Shown in pieces: positions 52,242 to 63,924 of a stretch of DNA of 64,000 nucleotides (position 1 is the stretch's first letter; each line of letters starts with the position of its first letter). A program made the position numbers and the translations under genes. This stretch comes from Octopus bimaculoides (Eukaryota). The stretch lies in contig NC_068989.1 in the NCBI RefSeq assembly GCF_001194135.2, positions 32,498,862-32,562,861 of the forward strand, in the 5' to 3' direction. The notes beneath the pieces were generated by a model. That model had not been told where the DNA came from, made no database searches, and was given only the letters and a program-made list of their open reading frames with translations.

Positions 52242-52744
52242 GCATTTATGGCTATTAAAGAGTAACTAAATAGGTAGATGAATTCTTGGTTCAGTGTGGT
52301 CAGAAAGAATATTTAACTTTAGTTCAGTGGTCAGTAAAGAGAGCTAAAATGCTAGAAATAAATGCCTAACTTTAGGAGAGGGAATATATTTGATATTAAA
52401 AGTTAAACATAAACAATTAAAAAGATTAGTGCAGCCAGCATATTTCAAAGATACATATGTTAAGGGAATAGGTATTAATAAATGAAGGAAATACATACAT
52501 ATATTGTTATGACTGTGAATGTAGAGAGGCAGGTGTCACATTTTGCTTGCATTTGGACCTGTAGAAGAACCTAAAGGTATGATAGAACTTATGTTTGCAG
52601 GAAGAGAATGTTTCATGTTGTCTATTAAGTAATTGTGGTGAATCATGGATTAATATTTGGGGGGGCTTCCTTAAGGCAGAGTCAACATGCAGAGTGCTGG
52701 CCTTGGTATAGGACACCAAACTCTATTATGGCCCAGGTTATCCT
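52242..52744. repeat. Long inverted repeat, left arm
   Basis: Reverse complement of 53477-53986; about 15-20 differences in ~505 bp by eye. Confidence 0.92.
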
Positions 52745-53476
52745 CTCTGGTATTTTCTTATTTATCAGATGGTGTATGTGGTTGGCTAGGGAAGTGGACT
52801 TGCTATGCTCCTCATATCTAAATGAATTCAGATGTGTGGAATATCTCTACTTAAAATTAATTGTAGACCTAATGTAATGACTAGCAGAATTTTGCAGTGT
52901 GTTGTGGACGATGTTAAATCTTCTGCAATGGACTTGCAGCAGGTATTCAATTCCAAATCGACAGTTGCAGCTGGATCTATCTGGCCCACATGGGTTAGAT
53001 AGATATGTACAGGAATGATGCTGTACTATTTAAGGGCAAGTTAAAGTCTAGGGTAGTATTCAGGGGTTGGCTCATATTAGTATTGTAGTTATGGATATCA
53101 ATTGTGTCCATAGGGTGGTGGCTAGAAGTGGATGTTCTAGGTTCTATTGAGATTCAAGGGACGGTGGCACTTGAGGGACTAGTTTCAGGAGCTCCTCTAC
53201 TGTGGTGGGTGCTTAAGGTGAGGTTACTATCATTACTATTATTATTAAAATAATTTTAATTTTTATTGTTGTCTTCAATAATATTATAAAAATTATTATT
53301 ATTATTACCGTTATTTGTATTCTTATTACAGCTATTATTACTGTTGTTACAATTATTATTATTATTTCTTTTTATCACAGGATTTGTTGGAACTCCTGGA
53401 GTCTTAAATGTGTGGTGGGTTTGCTACCTACAGCCTATGGTACCATGATATCTATTCTTTTCAGAAAATATCATAT

Positions 53477-53986
53477 AGGATAACCTGGGCCATAATAGAG
53501 TTCGGTGTCCTGTACCAAAACCAGCACTCTGCATGTGGACTCTGCCTTAAGGAAGCCCCCCCCCCCCACAAATATTAATCCATGATTCACCACAATTACT
53601 TAATAGACAACATGAAACATTCTCTTCCTGCAAGCATAAGTTCTATCATACCTTTAGGTTCTTCTACAGGTCCAAATGCAAGCAAAATGTGACACCTGCC
53701 TCTCTACATTCACAGTCATAATAATATATGTATGTATTTCCTTCATTTATTAATACCTATTCCCTTAACATATGTATCTTTGAAATATGCTGGCTGCACT
53801 ACTCTTTTTAATTGTTAATTTTAAACTTTTAATATCAAATATATTCCCTCTCCTAAAGTTAGGCATCTGTTTCTAGCATTCTAGCTCTCTTTACTGACCA
53901 CTGAACTAAAGTTAAATATTCTTTCTGACCACACTGAACCAAGAATTCATCTACCTATTTAGTTACTCTTTAATAGCCATAAATGC
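53477..53986. repeat. Long inverted repeat, right arm
   Basis: AGGATAACCTGGGCC...GCCATAAATGC; spacer about 730 bp. Confidence 0.92.
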
Positions 53987-53994
53987 ACCTCCAC

Positions 53995-54170
53995 CAAACT
54001 TCTGTGACTGTTTTGGCAGGATTTTTATAGATGGATGCCCTTCCTAACACCAGCCACTCAGCAGAGTGGACTTAGTACTTTTTATGTGGCATAAGCACAG
54101 GCGAGGTCAGTTTTGGCAAGTATTTTATAGCTGGATGCCCTTTCAAACACCAACTACTTTACAGTTTACT
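53995..54170 (-). mobile_element. SINE family B fragment with internal tandem duplication
   Basis: Two successive TTTTGGCA...GGATGCCCTT..AACACCA units. Confidence 0.7.
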
Positions 54171-54289
54171 TTCATATATATATGAAAAATATTTAAGAAA
54201 ATCTCTCATATCCAGTTCAACACACTAATCAGGGTCATAGATATCCAGAGATTATTATAGATTTCAGAAATTTATCATAAATCTCTGAA

Positions 54290-54410
54290 GCTTGCTTCAC
54301 AACTACATGGCTCTGGGTTCAATCCCACTGCCTGGCAGCTTGTTCAAGTGTCTCCTAATATAGCATTGGGCTTGTGAGTAGATTTGGTAGAAAGAAAGCC
54401 TGTCATATAT
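54290..54410 (+). mobile_element. SINE family A head fragment
   Basis: GGGTTCAATCCCACTG...GATTTGGTAGA followed by (TA)n and a gap. Confidence 0.65.
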
Positions 54411-54824
54411 ATATATATATATATANNNNNNNNNNNNNNNNNNNNNNNNNNNNNNNNNNNNNNNNNNNNNNNNNNNNNNNNNNNNNNNNNNNNNNNNNNN
54501 NNNNNNNNNNNNNNNNNNNNNNNNNNNNNNNNNNNNNNNNNNNNNNNNNNNNNNNNNGGTACCCAATTATTGCTACACTAGTGCTATACTAGGTGCAATC
54601 AATGGGAGCGGGTAAAAGTGGAGGTTTTACCCAAAATTTGTGTAACAATTAGAAAATGGAGGATAATATGCTGAACCCAACTACTTGCAGACGGTGTATC
54701 CTGTTGAATTCATTAATTTAATTCATAGCAAAAGTGACAAAAAAAGGAAGAAAAGAAAAAGAAAGAAAGAACCAAAGCACAGATATATATATATATATAT
54801 ATATATAAATATATATATATATAC

Positions 54825-55030
54825 TGGTGTCATGCAAATGGCACCCATGCCAGTGGCATGTAAAAGCACCCATTACACTCTCAGAGTGGTTGGTGTTAGG
54901 AAGGGCATCCAGCTGTAGAAATCAAGTGAAATCAGACTAGAGTCTGTTGCAGCTTTCCAGTTTGCCAGCCCTTGTCAAACCGCCCAACCCATGCCAGCAT
55001 GGACAACAGCTGTTAAATAACGATGATGAT
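54825..55030 (+). mobile_element. SINE family B
   Basis: GAGTGGTTGGTGTTAGGAAGGGCATCCAGCTGTAGAAA...AACGATGATGATG. Confidence 0.8.
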
Positions 55031-55827
55031 GGTGTGTGTGTGTGTGTGTGTATTTATATTATATATATATGTTTGTATCTACTATATAAATGCAAGTATA
55101 TGTGGTTATGTATATGTGTTTAGCCAAAAAAAGCTCAGGAACAGTGCATCCTTGAGAAAAACAAATTTGGTTTTCAGAATCTGCATCCCAAAGACAATGT
55201 TGGCTGTAAGCAATAATAAAAATATAATTTGCTGCAAGAAATAAACTCAACTTTAAGATTAACAACTCTCCAACTCTCTATCTATCACCATCAATCTCTA
55301 CATATTTATCATACTTTCTGACATTCCCTCTGTTTGTATAAATCTTAACTCTCACACATAACTTTCATTTAGTTTTAAAACTTCATCTTCTAATGTTTAC
55401 TTTCATTTTATGATACACAGCTTATCATGCACAAAATGCTTAGCTTCCAAATCCTGTTTTATGATTGAGGAAAACGATCTTTAAACCTTTGTAACATTTT
55501 TCTAAAATTTTTCTGGAATAAATGAATCACAACCTCAAATTCAGCATGGAAAAGTACATCAATATACCAAATTTCAAAATTGTCACTTAATTTCAAAATC
55601 TGTGACAGCAACAGCAAAGATCTTTCTCTCTCTCTCTCTACTTGTCTATCACTTTATTTTCTCATGGTAAATTTCCTCACTCTCTATAAAAGTATATTCT
55701 GATGCTCAGTGTGTGTATGTGTGTGTGTATATGCATGTGTGTAAGAAATTTTATTAGGGCAACAAACTGATTATAAAAAAAAAGTATGTAAAAGATGATT
55801 TATTTTAATAGCATACTTTTGTGTCAC

Positions 55828-56125
55828 TAAATGTTTTCTTTTTACACACACACAGACTTGCTTGATGCAGGGTGAGAATTAAAGATTTATATAACAAATT
55901 TCTTTGTACTTTTCTGTTAGTAAATATCTTTTTTCTTACACACACACATGGACTTGCTTGATGTGGAGTGGGAGTTAAAGATTTAAATAACAATTTTTTT
56001 GTACCTTTCTGTGAATGAATGTTTTTTGTTACACACAAACACACATGCACACAGATGTGTGTGTGTGGACACACTTGATGCGGGGTGGGGGAATTAAAAA
56101 TTTAAATTACATTTTTTTTTTTTTG
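55828..56125. repeat. Imperfect ~95-bp tandem trimer
   Basis: Three units of TTAC(AC)n..ACTTGATG..GGGTG.GA.TTAAAGATTTA.ATAACAA; the first two continue TTTGTAC.TTTCTGT. Confidence 0.75.
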
Positions 56126-56743
56126 TTGTTGCTTACATACCAGCAAGGGACCACCGCATCACTTTTCAAGATATGCTTATGGGGAGAAAAATACTGGAAA
56201 ACATCAATACATGGGACAAAGAAATGAGGAAGGTACCACCTGATCATCAGATGTACTAGAAACATCAGCTAAATCTCCCTTAAATCACACACCTTTGTGT
56301 CTGAAAATTATTTTGAAATTATAAACAGAAACAAATTGCAGATTTGGACCATCCATATCTTAAAACTATGATTAAAAAAATTTCAAAACAAAAGCCACAA
56401 TTTTACGATTTATGGTGGGGTCAGCATTAAGGAAAGATTTTCTTGAAATTTTACTATTGTTTTTAAATTATATTTCATTTTCTGTTTGAAAATAAAGGAA
56501 GTGGGGATTGTAATAGTGATCACTGATTTACAAAAAATTATTTTGCTTTACATTCAAGGCTTCTCCCATTGTTTTAAGTACATAGTACAAAAATAAAAAT
56601 ATAGGCCAAAATTGGTACTCTGGAAAAAGCAACTCCCAAGAACAACGGGATACTCAGCTAAGCTGAGTACCCTGTTGTTGCTGGGTAATTTTCACACTAG
56701 AATGCTTTGTGTATCATATGCGTGTGTGTATATAATATATATA

Positions 56744-56789
<46 letters not shown>

Positions 56790-56790
<1 letters not shown>

Positions 56791-57480
56791 CCTGCACATC
56801 TGCCACACACGAAGGCAATAAAGTTGCCTTCGTGTGTGGCAGATGTGTAGGAATATTAAGCACTAAGTGCACACAGGGCTTAGACTCTCTCAAATGCCCA
56901 GGTGGCTCTCTTAAGGTAGTAAATAGTTTCTGTTATGTAGGTGACCAAATTGCAATGATGGAGGATGCTCCGAAAATATTGTTTCTAAGATAAGAATACG
57001 ATGGAGGAAGTTCAGAGAACTATTACCTCTGTTGGTAACAAAAGGACTCTCTCTCACAGAATGAAAGGTAGTTTGTATGATGCCTGTGTACGAATAGCTA
57101 TACTCCACGGTAGTGAGACATGGCTCTGGATGCAGAAGACATGTAGACTTGAGAAGAACGAAGGTAGTATGCCCCACTGGATGTGCAACATCAGTGTGCA
57201 TGTATGACAAAGCACAAATTTGTTGAGAGGAAAGTTTGGCATAAGAGGAATCAGATGCAGCAGGCAAGAGAGAAGACTACATTGGTTTGGACATGTGATA
57301 CATATGAATGAAGACAGTTGTATAAAATAGTACCAATCACTGAAAGTTGATGGTACCTGTGGAAGAGGGAAACCCAGGAAGACATGAGATGAAGTGGTGA
57401 AGACTGATCTCAGGATGTTGGGCTTCAAGGAGGAAATAACGATAGAGCGAGCTGTTTAGCGACATGATATTTTTGAGAAG
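56790..57480 (+). mobile_element. RTE LINE 3' portion
   Basis: FVCGRCVG, LSHRMKGSLYDACVRIAILHGSETW, RLHWFGHV, CGRGKPRKT*DEVVK. Confidence 0.85.
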
Positions 57481-58059
57481 ACCCACCCATATCAGCAAAA
57501 CTGAGTGCTAGAAGCATTGTGTTTCATTCACATATAACAAAAAAATTTTTCACACACCCTACCCAAACAAACTAAACTACATCTCTTCTCCCAAACTGCA
57601 TCTCTTCTCTTCCTCACATTTCCTTTTTCATGCACCATGATTATCTCTCATTCCCGAATCCTGTCTTCACTGTCCAGCTCATATCATTGCTATCCCATAG
57701 TGCCCCACTCCCTACTCACGCTTCTTTACTCTGGCAATACTCTGCCAATTATATTATGACCTCCATACCTTCAGTGTGTGCCCTGGCACTTGCCACCATC
57801 TATCTCTCTCTCTTCTTTCACTCTACCATCCCATCTATGCTCTGATCCCCATTCCTTGTGAGTATACCCTGGTACTTTGCCACCATCTCTTTCTTTCTCT
57901 CTCTCTCTCTCTGGCCGGTTGGGTAACTATGTACCTCCTGTACAGAAAGACACCTAATTCTGTCTTTCTGTCACACTCTACCCTTTCATCATCTGACACA
58001 AGATCAGCCCCCCTCCAATGACCCCTCTCCTCTCAAAGGTTCTTTGTCTTGCAAGTTAC

Positions 58060-58330
58060 TGCTAGTGTTGGTGCCACGCAAAAAGCATCCAATCCACACT
58101 ATAAAGTGGTTGGTGTTAGGAAGAGCATCCAGCTATAAAAGTCATGCCAAAACTGACCTTGCCTGTGCTGGTGCCACATAAAAAGCACTCAGTCCACTCT
58201 GCGGGGTGGTTGGTGTTAGGAAGGGCATTCAGCTGTAAAAACCATACCAAAACAGACATAGAAGTCTAGTGCAGTCTTCTGCCTGACAAAACACTGTCCA
58301 ACTGTCCAACCCATGCCAACATGATGAAGA
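58060..58330 (+). mobile_element. SINE family B with internal tandem duplication
   Basis: Two GGTGCCAC..AAAAGCA...GTGGTTGGTGTTAGGAAG units. Confidence 0.75.
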
Positions 58331-58339
58331 TATTGTTTA

Positions 58340-58720
58340 TGACCACTTTAATGTGGCTGTCCTCTAAGAGACAACAATACTGCCATATATATATATATTA
58401 GGTTGAAATAAGATATTTCTAAATCTCTCAGAGAGATTTATGTGGTAGCAGCATGATAAAGTGATAGTATGTTGTCAACTTAATGTAACAGTCCCATAAA
58501 AGGGAAGAATGCTACTGTTATTTAGCCCTAGGAAACACTGTTTCCTGTTGGACATGACACATTTCCTGTGTCCTTATGTTTTCAAAGTGGAGACAAGCAC
58601 CTCTACCCAGCAAAGCCAGCATCCACAGACTAGTTTCAGAGTCATTGCTCATCATCAGTCTGGAGTAGCATGGCCTGCTAGCTGAATTTTTTTATTACCA
58701 CCATAAAGATCAATACATAG
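58340..58720 (-). mobile_element. Penelope-like terminal-repeat fragment with hammerhead (family 2)
   Basis: Hammerhead at 58664-58622 followed by a non-coding tail; 58512-58534 matches 63864-63886 at 21 of 23 bases. Confidence 0.5.
58622..58664 (-). ncRNA. Minimal type-I hammerhead ribozyme motif (family 2)
   Basis: TCCAGA-CTGATGA-T-GAG(caatga)CTC-T-GAAA-CTAG-TC-TGTGGA; GUC site, palindromic ACTAGT helix III, helix I 5 of 6 paired. Confidence 0.7.
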
Positions 58721-59084
58721 ATGGGACAGCACAGGACAATACATACAAAAAATGTTGTGATGTGTTCGAATTATACCTATTATTTAAAAATATTGATGAT
58801 GAAATAAATAGTCTTTTTCTATATGAGTAAGGGATATGCCCTGTTGCCTCAAAGGCCCAGCAGCTATCTCCTTCCTTTTATTTCCTCCTTTTTTCTGAAG
58901 CCAATTAAGCCGGGTCCCTTGCACCCACCTTTCTTAACATAGCTTTCCATCTTTCCTCAAACACACTTCTTGACAGAGTCCTTCTCTCCAGCCCTATCTT
59001 GCTCTTCAGATGATATCTAAAGTATTGTAGCAAACCAGGGCCAGAAATGAAGGACCCTGTCATGAATCATTGCATCCTAGTCTT

Positions 59085-62000
59085 CTACACATATTCTTTC
59101 AGCACCGCAACTGTACAGAAAAAACATGCCTCACCTTCCTTAGAGAGTCCAGTTGGTGGTATAATCTTTATTATGTCAAACACGTGTTTGACATAAATTA
59201 TCAAGCCTGACAACTCCCGACAATGTACAAAAGTGTGCTGGACGGTTTCGTTGTCCAGCCCACATCTTGGACATGTCCTTGGCACTGACATTCTGTGCCT
59301 GCATAACTTATCTCGAACAGTTAAAGCGTTCCTGTAACACTGCCAGGTCAGGGATTTTTGGTTATTATCCAAATACCCTGACCCGAAAGTTTTTTTGAAC
59401 AAATTGGTAAGTTGGTCCTCATAGAACCTCAGAGCCTCTCCTAGGGTATTATTGTTTTTATACTCTACCAGCCCTCTATACAAAACCGAGGTTGTATTCC
59501 TACTGCCGGCCTTGCTCCATCTTGTGGATCAGCACAAGTGCCTGTCAACACTCCTTTTACCATTCAGTCAGGTTATGTCTTTTAATGAAACCGGGTTTAA
59601 ATCACTCCAAAGAGGCTGGTCATGTAAAGAATTCCTTTGCTAGCAGATTCCACACCTTATCACCCTCTAGGTAGCGGCAGAGATGCCTAAGCCTCAACGC
59701 ATGTCTGCACATCATCAACCAGGGCTTCCCTAACCCTCCCTTCCACAATACGCGGAAGAGGTAATTACAGATGCAATAAAGACCTGTACCACCTCCGCCC
59801 TTCCTTTCAGGGACAGAGACCTTCCTGACCAGGTCCGGACTAGGGCCTCCACCATGTCTGCCACCTTGCTCCAATTCTTCTCCATCTAGGAGTCTGGTCC
59901 AAACCAAACTCCAAGCAACATAACAGGACCCTCTGTCCAATGACCCACGAAACTGGATGATATCGACTTGCTCCTCCAGGTGCTGAGGCACAAGCCGATG
60001 GACTTGTCCTTGTTAACTTTTGCCCCTACCGCCGCCTCATATCCTCTGATAGCCTCCTCTACTCAAGATAATTGAGCCTCATTGGACATGATGATGGTGA
60101 TATCATCTGCGTAAGCAGAAACCAACTTACTGCAACCGATTTCATTGGGGTCGCCCACCAAATTCTCCAGCTTCCACAGTAATGGCTCAAGAGCCAACAC
60201 ATACAGAAGCGAAGACAGGGGACACCCTTGATGAACTGAATGCTTGATCAAAAACGGCTCCAACAGGTAACCATTTATCCGGACTGTGGATTTGATGCCA
60301 CTATACATGGCAGAGATCCAACCACGGAAGTCAGGGCTCACCCCAGCTGCTTCAAGAACCATGGCCAGGTACTGATGGTCTACCCTATCAAACACTTTAC
60401 TCTGGTCTAAATGGACCAGTACCCCACTTTTGCCGGTTAATTTACCCAACCTGTCTAAGGTGTAACGGATAAGGTGAAATTTGTCCTGGATCAACATGCT
60501 TGGGATGGTGCATGTCTGCACCTTCCCTACAAGTTTCTCCACGACACACGTCAACCTTCTAACTAACACCTTGGCCAAAATCTTTGACTCAACATTGAGT
60601 AGAGTTATGGGCCTGTAATTATTCATAATATACCCCTTGCTTGGGTCCTTCTGGATCTGCGTCACCACTCCCCAACTCACAGAGCTGGAAATTCTCACAT
60701 TCTGTTGCAAGTTTGTGTAGACGCTGGCCAGCAGGTCCCCAAACAAGTCTGGCATGCTACAATAAAACTCATATGGTAGACCATCCAGCCCCGGTGACTT
60801 TTCCCCGGCACACTCGGCCAACACCTCTTTGACCTCCATAGCTGTAATCAGCCCTTCACAGCACCTCACCTTCCATGCCAAGAGCTATGGCCCACTGGCA
60901 AGGAAGCCCTTTAGGGACTCCCCATGCTCTAGTGCACCGCTCTGTCTGAACAACTGTGCAAAATGCTGATGACAAGCCTTTTGCATCTCCTCCTGTCCAT
61001 AGATCTTGCACTCCTGTTCATCTGTTAAAGACTTTATAGAGGCTTTTTTTACCCCTCTTACTCTCCACACAACGTGCCCATCCAGCAATGTTAATACCTT
61101 CTCGTCCCACTGCACGTAGCTTAGCTCTAACTATGCAACTTGGCGTTGAGGTGACGGTACAAGACTGTTCTCGTCGTCAACACTCTAGATGCAGAGCCAA
61201 ATTCCAAGGCCTTGTCTAAGTTCTTAACTACATCACCCTCTATTCTAGATCTATCTAAACTTAGCTGACTGCTAAATCTAATAGACTCTAAACGAATGGC
61301 TCTCTTGAGGGCATGCCACCATCTATTATTAATGATGGTGCCATATAGTACCCTCTGTACTAACTCTTTAATCTGGGCATGGAAGGCTTTACAAGTCAAA
61401 ATAGACTTGTTCATCTTCCAGTACCCGGGTTCCTGCCCATGATATTTATCTAAGTGTACCTCACACGTCACAAATTTGTGATCCGTGTAAGGTACTATAT
61501 CAAATTGTGAACAACTAAAAGTATCCTAATCTCTATCTCTAACAAATACCTTATCAATGTAGATCTGTGAGAGCCATCATTATTACTCCATGTCCACTGT
61601 GGAACGAACAGCTCATCCAGTCTGTAGCGGTCTACTAGATTATAGCTCTCTAGTAGACCCTTGAGGCCAGGATTTCCTTTCCTATCAGTCAAGCCAACAC
61701 TATCCACCTGTGCATCAAGTATAGTGTTAAAGTCTCCTAACAGAACTACCATTTTAGATGTCACTAGAAAGTGCTCAAGGTCTCACAAAAATCCCGATTA
61801 CCCACACTCATTAGGAGCATACACAGCTACCAACCTGAAGGACTGTTTACTTTCGTGAGTTACATCCAGGATGACCAGCCTACCTTCTGGGTCCAGAAAG
61901 ACAGTACTTGCTTGCAAGTCCAAGTTCTTCCTGAATAAGACTACCACGCCCCCCCCCCCCNNNNNNNNNNNNNNNNNNNNNNNNNNNNNNNNNNNNNNNN

Positions 62001-62197
62001 NNNNNTACTCCTCGTTGGCTAGGAGAAATAATTTTCTCATAGTCATTCAGAAGAGGAGAGAACGCTTGTGATCCACTCATCTTGGACTCAGTTGCGACTG
62101 CTACATCTATATCACATGTCCTGAGATCATCCAGAAAACAAGCCTGTTTCCATTGCAACCCCAGTCCATGCACATTTATGCACTCTAACTTAATCAT
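59085..62197 (-). pseudogene. L1/Tx1 ORF2 (APE endonuclease, RT, zinc finger), disrupted
   Basis: CINVHGL, LLGDFNTIL, KSPGLDGLPYEFY, NYRPITLLNVESKILAK, DQSKVFDRV, QGCPLSSLLY, AYADDI, CPRCGLDNETVQH. Confidence 0.92.
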
Positions 62198-63157
62198 TTT
62201 TGGAAAATTAAAGGAAAGAGATTACTCACATTTTCAGTTTGGGGAGGGGCTGTACAAATTTGCCTACCTCCCTGTCATTTTCTTTATCAGGTGTCGCTGC
62301 TGGGCTTTTCCTGGGAGTGGTAGTCGGGCTTATAATATGTTTATCCTGTGCCACTTCAGCGGTTATGTCTTTTATGTTTTCTGGATACCTCTCCTTCATA
62401 TCCGTAAACAGTTTCTCATTTATTTTTGCATACCTAACGTTTGTCTGTGTTTCTTTTGTTACTCTAAACACTCACGTGTCATGGTGTGCCCTAATGACTC
62501 TTGCTAACGGCTCATTCTTTTCCTGGAACTCTATAGTTTTTACTTGTAGTTTGGGGAAGGGTTTGGCAAATGGCCTTGCTGTGGGCTTGGGCTAGGGAGT
62601 TTGGTTTTGCGTGTCTGTGTGTTTTGTGTTTTTTTTGGGGGGGGGGGGATCAGGGACTTGTGCCTTCTTACACTTATGAGTCACTGTTGTAAACTCCATC
62701 TCCTCGGCAGTTTGGTTCTTTTCGTCTTTTGTTCTCTCCTTCCCTTCTGCTGCTGATGTTTCCTTTACAGCTTTTTGGGGAGGGGCCTCATTCTCATTTT
62801 TCTTTTTGGCACACATGGAGCGGACATGGCCCTTCTCTCCACACTTGAAGCATCTGGGCCTATGTCCCTCCACAGCCACTTGCATTGTCAGCCCCTCCCC
62901 CACGAACACTCTATCGGATAAATTTTCCAGAGTTTGGTTTGCAGCTTGAATTACCATCTCGAGCATCTGGCCTCACCAGTTCACGGCGTCCCTCCTCTTC
63001 ATTTGCAGGATGGATGCTTCTTCTTCAACGTCTACCACTGCTACCCACATCAATTCATAACCAGCTGGTATATCTTCACCATTCTGTAGCCCAAGTATGT
63101 GGGTAGCAGCATAATTTTGTCGTTTTTTAGTGTCATTGTTGACACTTCTTTTGCTAC

Positions 63158-63506
63158 TACAGTTCTATATTTAAGAGATGAGGAATTATGTACATTATTT
63201 ACATTTGATGGATATTTGTCCTCATCTTGTTTGTTGTTAACACAACATTTCAGCTGATATACCCTCCAGCCTTCATCGGGCATATGGCATAATGGTTTTG
63301 AGTTCGATTCCAGGCAGTGATCTTAATGATAATAATAATAATAACAACATCAAAAAAAAAAAAATCTTAGGTATGAGAACCCAGGTTCAAAATTTCCCCA
63401 AGACACCTGATGAAGGCTGGAGGGTATGTATATCAACTGAAATGTTGAGTTAACAACAAACAAGATGAGGACAAATATCTGTCAAATATAAATAATGTAA
63501 ATAATG
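63158..63506 (+). mobile_element. tRNA-headed, hammerhead-bearing SINE with Penelope-like inverted tail, copy 2
   Basis: 12-bp TSD TTCTTTTGCTAC at 63146-63157 and 63507-63518. Order: inverted arm 63158-63277, internally deleted tRNA head 63278-63325, short (AAT)n, hammerhead, tail. Confidence 0.85.
63402..63451 (+). ncRNA. Decayed hammerhead motif (family 1)
   Basis: GACAC-CTGATGA-A-GGCTG...CAACT-GAAA-TG-TT-GAGTT; helix II and helix I carry mutations. Confidence 0.5.
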
Positions 63507-63649
63507 TTCTTTTGCTACATCAGCCATTTGAAACTGTGCTTCAACGGTTGTGTTTCGCATTCCATGGCTGATGTAGCATACTTTATTCCATATTGGTGCC
63601 ATGCACCTCTCCACCATAATTTTTTTTCTTTTATGTTGAATATCTTATA

Positions 63650-63830
63650 TACAACTGTATGCATCATACAGTCTGCCTTTTACTCTGAGTGAGAGTCCCT
63701 TTGTCGCCAGCAGAGGTAAGAGCTCTCTGAACTTTGCCCTGGCTATTCTTATTCTAGCAGCTACACTTTCAGCGCACCCACCCCCACTACTAACTTGGTC
63801 ACTCAGATAGCGGAAGCTATCAACTACCTC
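63650..63830 (-). mobile_element. RTE LINE fragment
   Basis: Antisense of AKFRELLPLLATKGLSLRVKGRLYDAY. Confidence 0.8.
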
Positions 63831-63887
63831 TACTTTTTCTTCCTGGAATGAGACAGGAACACACTACTGCCATTTAGCCCTAGGAAG

Positions 63888-63924
63888 CTGATGACGAGCA
63901 AAGACTCAGAAACATGTCCCTGAA
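63888..63924 (+). ncRNA. Hammerhead motif (family 2) lacking the 5' strand of helix I
   Basis: CTGATGA-C-GAG(caaaga)CTC-A-GAAA-CATG-TC-CCTGAA-TGCTGGC; palindromic ACATGT, GUC site; same helix II and downstream TGCTGGC as the 58622 copy. Confidence 0.6.

Larger units (their letters stand above)
62226..63620 (-). pseudogene. L1/Tx1 ORF1 (zinc-knuckle protein), split by a SINE insertion
   Basis: MVERCMAPIWNKVCYISHGMRNTTVEAQFQMADVAKE|VSTMTLKNDKIMLLPTYLG reads through once the insertion and one TSD are removed; RPRCFKCGEKGHVRSMC. Confidence 0.8.
58800..63640 (-). mobile_element. Near-full-length L1/Tx1-type LINE, decayed
   Basis: ORF1 with a CCHC knuckle directly followed by ORF2 with APE, RT and C-terminal Cys-rich domains; ORF1 is interrupted at 63158-63506. 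Confidence 0.92.

Noticed and set aside
55122-55215. Exon-like open frames on both strands
   Set aside because: Plausible splice sites on either strand but no recognisable protein or partner exon
63514-63579. 14-bp inverted repeat GCTACATCAGCCAT / ATGGCTGATGTAGC
   Set aside because: Lies within the LINE ORF1 reading frame, is short, and has no independent support
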